Source: Monocercomonoides exilis PA203 (taxonomy: Eukaryota > Protista > Preaxostyla). From it: a stretch of DNA of 64,000 bases. Below the pieces are notes generated by a model. That model saw only the letters and a list, made by a program, of their open reading frames with translations, ran no database searches and was not told the DNA's origin. Location: assembly GCA_001643675.2 (NCBI GenBank), contig LSRY02000005.1:1240001-1304000 (forward strand). The letters run 5' to 3'. Both the position numbers and the translations under genes were made by a program. Below, piece by piece: positions 55,027 through 64,000 of this stretch (within the stretch, counting starts at the first letter, position 1; every line of letters starts with the position of its first letter).

Positions 55027-55061
55027 AGTGAACCATAGAAAATATTCTTATATTTCTTGTA

Positions 55062-55510
55062 CAGTCCAAACCGGATATAATCACATCGGTTTTTGCACAA
55101 CTTTTTGTGACTATATCCGATTGTGATAATACACGATGCTGCATCACACAGAAAAAAATAAAAATTAATTAATTAATTAATTAATTTTGGGTCGATTTTT
55201 TCATTTTTGAAAATTCTTCATTAAAACGCATTTTTCACTTGCGAAATTAATTTTTTGCGATAATGCATATTATTTTAACTAATTTGAGTACATTTTTGAA
55301 AACGCGAAAATTGAGATTTTTGATCAAAAAATCGATTTTTCATTGAAAAAGTCACCCATTATAATTAAAAATGTGATTATATATTTTCATCCCTGTGATT
55401 ATATGAGATGAAAAATGAATGAAAAACTAGCAAAAAATGTCGGTGCATCGAAAAATGTGACTATAGGAGAATGTGATTATATTCGACGTGATTATATCCG
55501 ATTTTGACTG
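55062..55510 (+). mobile_element. pogo/Tc1-mariner-type MITE, 449 bp, TA target-site duplication
   Basis: TA|CAGTCCAAACCGGATATAATCACATCG ... CGACGTGATTATATCCGATTTTGACTG|TA: a 27-bp TIR with 3 mismatches, plus internal TGTGA(C/T)TATA repeats. Confidence 0.88.
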
Positions 55511-55711
55511 TATTGTGACTTGTTTTTGTGAAAAGCAAAAAAAAAAAAAAATAAATAAATAAATAAATAAAAAAATAAAAATAAAAATAAAAATAAATAA
55601 TAAAAAAAACGAGGGCTTATGATCAGTTGCAAAATTCTGGACAGGGACAAAACCTGGGACAATTTGAACAGGTTATTTCCAAAAGGATATCACCAAGATA
55701 TAATATGAAAA

Positions 55712-55749
<38 letters not shown>

Positions 55750-56302
55750 TTGTTGTTGTTGTTGGGAATGAATTGTCAACAAAGATAAATTGATTTCAAA
55801 TGGAGAAAATCAAAAATCCGAAATGATGCAACTGAAATATTGATAGACAATGAAAAGAATTTCGAAAAGAATTATAAGAAGTTTCAATGAGAAGTGACAA
55901 GTTTGCTCATTGTGAACAAATGCATTGTTCTTCATTATTAATGTAATGAACCGAAATAAAATATTGATCACCAAGTGCTTTCACGAGTGAATTTTCTTTT
56001 CCTTTTTACACTGGTGAAAAGTGCATTTTTGGAAATATTTTCTGATGGTGCTTCATGTTTTTCTTCTGTTTTAGATAATGAACATTCAGCTTCAACACAA
56101 ACAATTGTTTTCATTTCATGTTTCTGAGTTTTTCTCTTTCTATCTCTTCTGAAATTTAGGGGCTATTGACCGTTATATTGGATGTTTCGTTTTCATAACA
56201 AATCGAAATGTTGAATTTCAATGAAGAATTTGAATTTGGACTTTTTTTTTCATTTTTTTCTGATTGATTGGAGAAGTTTTCAAAGAAATTATCTCCTGTT
56301 AT

Positions 56303-57589
56303 TTATTTCATGCTAATGCTGTTTGCATGTGAAGAATCGTTTGAAGATTTTTCAACCATCGAAGAGGCTTCAGTGTTCTGCGGAAGACACTGATAATCGG
56401 CAGAAGGGTCAAATGGATGAATTCCACATGCTGCAAATGATTTTCTAACAATTTTCGGGCAAAAAGAATCGATGACTTCATCAGAAACAGCTGGAATTAA
56501 TGCATTTCGGTTGGAAGATATAGAGGAATCTGAAGGAACTTGAAATGATCTTTTCAAGCAATTCTAGAAATGAACAAATACAAATCTGTCCAGGGGCTGA
56601 GTCAGGAACGTAGTATGTGATGGAAGAATTTGAAGATATATCAAATGTTTTCTGCACCAAGACATTACAGGAAAACAAAGGCGAGACGTGTGGCCATCGA
56701 GAATATTAAAAGCATGAGCAGATGATCCATTCAGCTCGATTCTTTTCTCATTAATTTTGGGTAATAATATATCAATCATTATCTTTTCAAAATCATTTTT
56801 TCTCTTCAAGCCAGTTCCTTTTGCTTTACAGTTAATTTCTTTGGAACTTTAATTCTTTCAGATCCTCGGAAAGCGTGTGTGATGGCCAAAACATGATTGG
56901 ATCTAATGATGGACCGTCAGCAATGATTGTGGAAAACAATGCTGCATTTTTGTGTCTTTGCGACTCAGGAAAAAAAGTGCAATATGTTTCTTTTCAAACG
57001 ACTATTTTTTCATCTGACTGTTTCATCAATACTCCGGTTTCATTCATATTGATGATTAAGTCCGAAGAAATTTAATAGTCGTCTACAACTTTTTTTTATA
57101 AAAAAAACAAACTTCTCATATTTTCTATTGTTGAACACTGAAGTCGACGAAGATCAATATATTTTGGTTAAATAAATTTCAATAAAATGGATTTCTCTAT
57201 AAATCTGCGAGCCCATTTTGCACTAATTTGAAAGCACTCCAAAGAAGGTGTGCGGTCCTTGTTTTTTTCAATCATAACATTTTCTGCCTGTTAAAAATCA
57301 AATTGATTGATTAATCAAAAATAAAACGACACCCAAATCTGATGATATCTGAAACAGTTATTTTATTTGAAGAAGATATTTGAGCGATTGCACAATCCTC
57401 AATTTCTTCTTCTTCTTTGTTAAACAATCCTGGACGTCCAATATGATGCGGATCTCTTCCTGCTTTTATTGAAGCAATGTGTCTGTAAACTTATGAATGT
57501 GAAATGATTTTTTCTTTAACAAAATCAGATGGTTTGACTCCATCTTGTTTTATATGTGGGGAAAATAATTTCTCTTCAGGCATTTTCAT
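56303..57589 (-). pseudogene. Decayed pogo/Fot1/Tigger-type (HTH + DDE_1) transposase
   Basis: Manual translation gives GRPGLFNKEEEE, KWARRFIEK, IINMNETGV, ILDGHTSR...LPSHTTFLTQPLDRFVF and SFAACGIHPFDP, with multiple stops and frameshifts. Confidence 0.85.
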
Positions 57590-57838
57590 AGAAAAATTAT
57601 GCACTTTTCAAAAACTTTTTGAAATAAAAAAAACACAATAAAAATGTGTCCATTTTTAGGCATTCGTGAAATGTTGGTAAACTTGATGCTTTAATATCAA
57701 CGATGCATGTTTACGGATATGATAATCAAATTTATTTTGAAATCTGAGAAAGTGAAATAAAGTTATGTGTGAAGCAATTTTTCAATGCCTTGGGCAAAAA
57801 AAGCTTGAAAGTCCGTATTTTTCCCCATGTATTAAAAA

Positions 57839-58346
57839 ATTTTTTGATTATTTCAAGTGGACTTTATTCTGTTAATCATTCATTGCACAAGAAATGAAGG
57901 ACTTGTTTTTTTTTTTCATCAATCAATCTTAAGGAATCATTTTTAATTTCAATGAGTGTAATTCTTTTTGAAAAAGTGTTAATGAATAATTTTCAATTGA
58001 AATGAAAATCTCATATATTTATCAAATTCCTGTTTCCTCTCACGAATCAACAAAAAAATGTTTTCAATAGCATTATCAAATAATATCTTCCATAATTATG
58101 TTGTTTGGTTTATATTAACAAAGAAATGATAAAATTATATGAGATTTTCATTTCAATTGAAAATTATTCATTAACACTTTTTCAAAAAGAATTACACTCA
58201 TTGAAATTAAAAAATGATTGCAAAATAAGAGATTTTTTTTAAGATTGATTGATCCAAGCAAACTCTGAAAAAAAAAAAACAAGTCCTTCATTTCTTGTGC
58301 AATGAATGATTAACAGAATAAAGTCCACTTGAAATAATCAAAAAAT
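57839..58346. repeat. Imperfect long inverted repeat (arms ~57839-58024 and ~58127-58346), probable old foldback element
   Basis: TTTTTGATTATTTCAAGTGGACTTTATTCTG... pairs with ...CAGAATAAAGTCCACTTGAAATAATCAAAAA. The right arm has two short insertions. Confidence 0.85.
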
Positions 58347-58660
58347 AGTTATATTTTTCATTTCATTTAATTTTGTATTCTTCCAGAATTCTCACAGACA
58401 CAATTAGATAATTAAAAATAATTAATGTTCAAAACGAAATATTTATTTGGACTCTTCACATTTCTTTTAATTCATCATTTTATGCATTTAAAGAGAATTA
58501 TTAGTTATAAAAAGCAATTGAAAAAAATGAAAAACTTAAATTTTTTATCTCTCAATTTATCCACTTTCAATTCCCGAATAATTTTGAAACATTTGTTGAA
58601 AAACTAGTTTTGAAAAAAAAATTATTTTACCAAATTTGCACATTTAAAAAAATTAAACAA

Positions 58661-58748
58661 AAAGAGGGAGAGAAAGAGAGAAAGAGAAAAAGAGAGAAAG
58701 AGAGAAAGAGAGAAAGAGAGAAAGAGAGAAAGAGAGAGAAAGAGAGAA

Positions 58749-58781
<33 letters not shown>

Positions 58782-58860
58782 AAGAGAAAGAGAAAGAGAA
58801 AGAGAAAGAGAAAGAGAAAGAGAAAGAGAAAGAGAAAGAGAAAGAGAAAGAGAAAGAGAA

Positions 58861-58895
<35 letters not shown>

Positions 58896-58896
58896 A
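58661..58896. repeat. (GAGAAA)n/(GA)n purine microsatellite
   Basis: Visible tandem run. Confidence 0.95.
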
Positions 58897-59027
58897 AATA
58901 ATCTTTGATATTTTGAGATTCTTGCAAAAAAAGTAAAGATTTTTCATCCAAGAAACAATCTATAAAAAATCATATCAATAAACTCATTAAGAATGCATTA
59001 AAATTTCTTTTATACAAAAACATGACA

Positions 59028-59844
59028 TCATTTAACAAACAAAATACCAGATGGAGTGTTAAAACGGTAAAGCACCCATTCATCTTTAAAAAAATGATAT
59101 AAATACACATCCTCAAACTCAATTCTAATCTTGAAAAAGCGCCACAGAACAATCATAGCAAATATAGTACAAAATGGATTTCCTATCATAACTTGCATTC
59201 CAATCGCCCATATGTACCATCCAGCATAGCTGGGATGTCTTACGTATCTGTGAACAATTAGGAAAAATAAGAATTTATTTTCAAAAGCAATTTTTATAAG
59301 ACAAAAAATATGGCTACAAAACTTGAAAATTCCTGTGGTAACAAGTTTGTGTTCACTGCGTTGCTTTACTGATATTCGAAGAGTAAAATTATGCCCAAGA
59401 GTTATTATTGCAATTTTTCGAATAAATTCTCCAAGTATCAGCTACATTTCGATATAAAAAATATTAAATATCAATAAAATATCTGTATTCATAAGTACTG
59501 CAACAAAAATGTTGACTTATACCAATAAAATTCCAAATGAAAAAACTACAGGATGCCTTTTCAGATTGGGAAAATGTTGAAATTCAAGTGCATATTCCCA
59601 ATAACTGAATAAAATGACCAGTAAAAAAAAAGGATTTAATATGGGGGTTGGCTCTAATCATTCAATTGAAATAAAAATCAAATAAAATTATTTCAATCTT
59701 AAGATTCTTGAAAAAAACACAATAAACGATGCACACACTTTTGTTCGGATGAAACTTCGATTCCAAATATTTTTCCACAACAAAAAAAATAACAAGAAAT
59801 AATGTGAACAATGTTACTTCTGCTATTTGAAGCACATTTTCCAT
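59028..59844 (-). CDS. ICMT: Isoprenylcysteine carboxyl methyltransferase (ICMT/STE14); exons 59844-59739, 59653-59523, 59441-59323, 59247-59028, ~191 aa
   Basis: Spliced translation: WEYALEFQHFPNLK...GEFIRKIAIITLGHNFT...HKLVTTGIFKYVRHPSYAGW...GNPFC...RIEFED...TPSGILFVK*. All introns are GT-AG and in phase. Confidence 0.92.
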
Positions 59845-60057
59845 CACAAAATTTCAAACAATTTCTTGTATTTTATAATGGAACAGAGAATAATTTTTGG
59901 ATATCTGTAAAAACTGATAAGTGTTTGTGAAAATAAATACACAAATTATTTTCATCATCACAATGTTATTTATTAGATTGAGAACTGATATTTTTTTTTA
60001 TGGGCTAACATAATTGTGTTTTTTATGATAACTTTGGTTGAAAAGGAAACAACTCAA

Positions 60058-63000
60058 ATGGACATTCGCTTTGCACGTAGACCTTCAAAAAAAATTGCTC
60101 TTCGAGGGTCAAGACCCGTATCTCTTTTGGCAAATTCTTATCCTTTGAAAATAGATATAAAAATGTTTCAATATTCGGTGGAATTTACTCCAGAATTGGA
60201 CAGATTTCGCGATCGGAGATTGCGAGAGGGATTAGTAGACCAATTGAAGAGAGAACATATTGCTCCGATTTTTTGCGGTTGGCACATTTAGCTTTGTTAT
60301 CATTAAAAATTAATTTCTTACTATTTTCAAGCATTTGATAATACATCATTTTACTCATACAATAGCGAAATAAAGACGAAAGATTTTGATCTGCCAAGAA
60401 AGTACAATGATGAGGAAAAGAGCTATCACATTCACTTTGAATTGGTTAATGCATATTTACCTGGAAATCCAAATTATCCTTTTCAATGGCTGAATGTGCT
60501 TGTCAAAGAAATTCAAGCGAAAGGTGGTTACATACAGATTAGAAGAGAGATGCTCGATCCAAATCAAATAAAAAACATTCCTGGTACGAATCTGGAAATG
60601 TGGTTTGGGACTCGTTTGACCATTTATCCGTCCATAACGGGAGTGAAAACATTGGTTGACCAAACACATGGAATATTGAGAACAGATACAATTCTTGAAG
60701 AGTGGAATAGATCAGGCAAAAGTTGTGCTGAGACGCTGAAAGGCCAGTTTATTGTTACAAAGTAATATATTTTTTAATTCATTTAATATGTTGATTCATT
60801 TAATAAATTGCTTTCCTCTTTATTTGTCGATCTCAATGATGTTTTTATTTTCCGAATTACGTGTTCAGATATTCTAGCAAATATCAAACATTTAGAATCG
60901 TTATAGTTTTGGAAGATCAAACACCATTAACTTACAAGTTCAAACACAAGAATGAGAAAGGAGAAGAAGTGGAGGAAACAATAAAAGATTATTATTTCTC
61001 GCGCTACGAAATCCGTCTTCTTGATTGTCAGCCACTTTTACTCTGCCGATCAACCAGTGGAACGGGCTCATCAAAACTTGCAGCAATTCCGATGGAGCTT
61101 GCATTCGCAACAGGAATGTTTGCCATTTAACAAACATTGATTCTTTCCCATTTGAATGTTAAATTTTTATTCCTTTTTGTTTGATTTTTACACATATTTA
61201 AATGTAATATATAACTGATATTGTGCTCTTTTTGGATAAATGTACATTAAAATTAGACCTGAAGAGTGTTTGAGCGATTTTCGTTTGATGAAGACAGTCA
61301 AAGAAATGCACACCCACTCTCCACGTGATCGAATGAGATTAATAAACAGCATTGCGCAGCCATTTTTGGAGTCAAAAGAGTTAAAAGATGCGGGATTGGA
61401 AGCGAAATTTAAAGGGATGGAGAGAATTCTGGGATGGATATGTCCACCCGTCAATCTCAGATGGGGTGATGGAAAAATCCTAACAATTACTGATGGTGTG
61501 TGAAGTTGTTGCATAAATAAAAAGAATAAATTAGAAAAGTTTATTCTTTTTCTTTTCTTTTTTTGATTCATTTTATTTGAATTTTATGAATCACTTTTAA
61601 TGCAATGATAATTTTCGTTAATTTTTCCTTTTTCTTTCTTTTTTCCCCCCACAACGGTGCTATCATTCTTTACTATGTCTGTTAGGAGCGTGGCGCGATG
61701 CAACAAAAACAAACACTTTGCTGAGGCCTGTCAACCTCGAGAAATGGGTGATAATCTGCTCAAGACGAGATACAAGAAACATTGACAACTTTCTCTATCA
61801 GCTTAGACGCGTGGCAAAAGGGGTGCATATTGCTCAGCCTGATTTACTGGAAATCGAAAGGGATTATCCAAATCAATTCGCCACTGAAGTTGATCAAAAA
61901 TTCACTGAAGTTTTTCGCAGGCATCAACTTGCCCTTGTCATTTTACCAAATAAAGACACAAATCGCTACAAACAAATGAAGATAATGACGGAGACTCGAA
62001 AGCCCATTCCTTCTCAGTGCGTCGTGTCTAAGAACGTGAGAGATGCAAACTTATCAGTTTTGACAGGCCTTTGGACGCAGATCACGCACAAGATTGGAGG
62101 AACTTGCTGGGCGATTGATCCTCCTGATTGGGCAAGGCCTCTGCCCCCAACAGTGGACGTGCCATCTGAAACCGCTTCTTCCTCAGCTACTCCGTCTTCT
62201 TCAGCTTCAGCTTCAGCGTCAGCTTCATCCTCAGCCTCAGTTTCCGCATCAGCTTCGGATACATCAAATGCTAAGCGTCAGCCAGCGTCAAAATCGAAAA
62301 AAGGAGGAAAACAGATGCAAATGCCAGCACTAGAGCAGTCAGTGAATACGATGCGCATTCTCCCAGGCGATGGGAATGTGATGGTGCTGTCTATTGATGT
62401 GTCTCGCTCAAAAGGCCGCCTTGAAGGAACAATTGCAATGATAGCCTCTATGAGTCGGGACATGACTAGGACTTACAAGAGAACAGCCCCTTGCAAGCAG
62501 AAGAAAGAGATTGTTGGAGGAAATCTGTGGTTCGTGTTTTTGAAGAGCGCGCTTGACGAGTACAAAGCGATTAACAAAAATCTTCCTTCATACATAATTG
62601 AGTATCGCGATGGTGTTGGTGACGCACAATTGAACGATGTGGTGGGAGTGGAATATGAACAGATGCTGCGTGCATTTAGTGTATTTGACGAAGGAGAGGT
62701 TAAATATCGTCCCCGCCATGCTGTGATTGTGGTGGACAAGAGGATCCACCACCGCTTCTTCACAGCTGATGGTCAGAATCCTCCTCCAGGCACGGTGGTT
62801 GACAGTGTGGTAACGTCTGATTTCTACTACGACTGGTTCCTCATCCCTCAGAAAGTGGATTATCGCACAACAGCGCTGCCAACACGCTATGTGGTGGTTG
62901 TTGATGAGACAGGCCTTGCATCAGAGGAACTGATTAACTTTAGTAACTGTCTGTGCTACAATTATTGCAACTACTTTGGAGCTATTTCGCTTCCTCTTCC

Positions 63001-63091
63001 TCTTCAGGAGGCGCATAAGCTTTCTATATTTGGTCAAGAAATATTAGGCAATCTGAATTCTAAAAATCCGCATCGTCCTTATCAATATTAG
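60058..63091 (+). CDS. Piwi/Argonaute family protein; exons 60058-60277, 60332-60761, 60869-61117, 61257-61495, 61686-63091
   Basis: N domain (LLANSY, FQYSVEFTP), PAZ (VTKYSSKYQTFRI, TIKDYYFSRYEI), TGIPEE..DFRLMK, MID (RYKQMK, PSQCV, QITHKIGG) and PIWI (IDV, KEIV, YRDGVGD, NPPPGTVVD, AHKL). All introns are in phase. Confidence 0.93.
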
Positions 63092-63685
63092 GCTTTTCCA
63101 AAAAGAAACGAGAGAACACAGTTTTGTTGTGGATGATATGCTTTTTTGAAGAGGATCTTTTAATTTAAGATGGAAAAATTCAGGAATTATGGAAAAGAGT
63201 CGATAATTAAAAACAGAAAATTTGATGACCGAAAGAAAATTTGAAAAAAAAAGAAATTGCTTTATATTTGTAATTTTCTTTATTTTTCTTTTTTAATTTG
63301 AATCCCCCAAGATTTCATTAACATCAAAAATTTTTTATTGATTACGTTTTCTTTTGAATTTTTGCTTTTCTTTTCCATAGTTCAATGCAATTTTTCTGCT
63401 TGATTTTTTTTGCTATTTGGAAGAGTAATTGCCATTTATTATTCTTTTTTTCCTTCTTTTGAAAATAGGATATATCCTAATGCTGAAGGAGCATGCCCCG
63501 AATCTTCTCGAATTTCAAACTTTTTTTTTTTTTTTTTTTTTTCCGACATTTTTTGACATTTTTTGGCATGGTTATTGTATTGTTTGTCTTTTTGAACAAA
63601 AATTTTCAGTTTTTCATTAACCTTTTCGGGGTATGATCCTTCTGTATTAGGATCTATTTCTCTTTTCATATCTTTCACTTGCTAT

Positions 63686-63686
63686 T

Positions 63687-63782
<96 letters not shown>

Positions 63783-63965
63783 TCCTTCCTTCCTTCCTTC
63801 CTTCCTTCCTTCCTTCCTTCCTTCCTTCCTTCCTTCCTTCCTTCCTTCCTTCCTTCCTTCCTTCCTTCCTTCCTTCCTTCCTTCCTTCCTTCCTTCCTTC
63901 CTTCCTTCCTTCCTTCCTTCCTTCCTTTCTTTCTTTCTTTCTTTCCTTCCTTCCTTCCTTCCTTT
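63686..63965. repeat. (TTTC)n-(TTCC)n microsatellite
   Basis: Visible tandem runs. Confidence 0.95.
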
Positions 63966-64000
63966 TTTCCTTTTTTCCTTTGCATTTGATTTTGATAAAT

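Noticed and set aside
55610-55690. Possible TIR of the pogo transposase remnant
   Set aside because: No convincing inverted counterpart found beyond 57590.
58610-58951. ORFs with KE/LS/FS repeats (also 37540-37966, 46141-46434, 63647-63985)
   Set aside because: Translations of microsatellites.

Overview
Eukaryotic, intron-containing, AT-rich genomic DNA in the standard genetic code. The gene style (short GT-AG introns, poly-Ser insertions, giant beta-helix/TM/kinase-like receptors) most resembles an oxymonad/metamonad protist such as Monocercomonoides; this is an inference. Gene order: 3' end of a Ser-rich gene; a disrupted giant receptor-pseudokinase paralog; a 961-bp foldback element with 401-bp arms; ER Hsp90 (GRP94); an intact 2746-aa receptor-pseudokinase; a pogo-type MITE; a Merlin/IS1595-like transposase remnant; a Schlafen(AlbA_2)-STAND/NB-ARC NTPase fusion gene; an MGRN1/LOG2-like RING E3; a TauE transporter; IMPACT; a USP7-like DUB; a Tonsoku-like TPR-LRR gene; a second MITE copy; a decayed pogo/DDE_1 transposase; a degenerate inverted repeat; a 4-exon ICMT gene mostly missed by the ORF track; and a Piwi/Argonaute with an intact DEDH tetrad. 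The best candidate for an undescribed system is the NLR-like Schlafen-STAND fusion. Next is the receptor family, whose two paralogs share an apparently identical ~639-bp TM/juxtamembrane tract behind divergent ectodomains. All protein family calls come from motif recognition by eye, not database searches.
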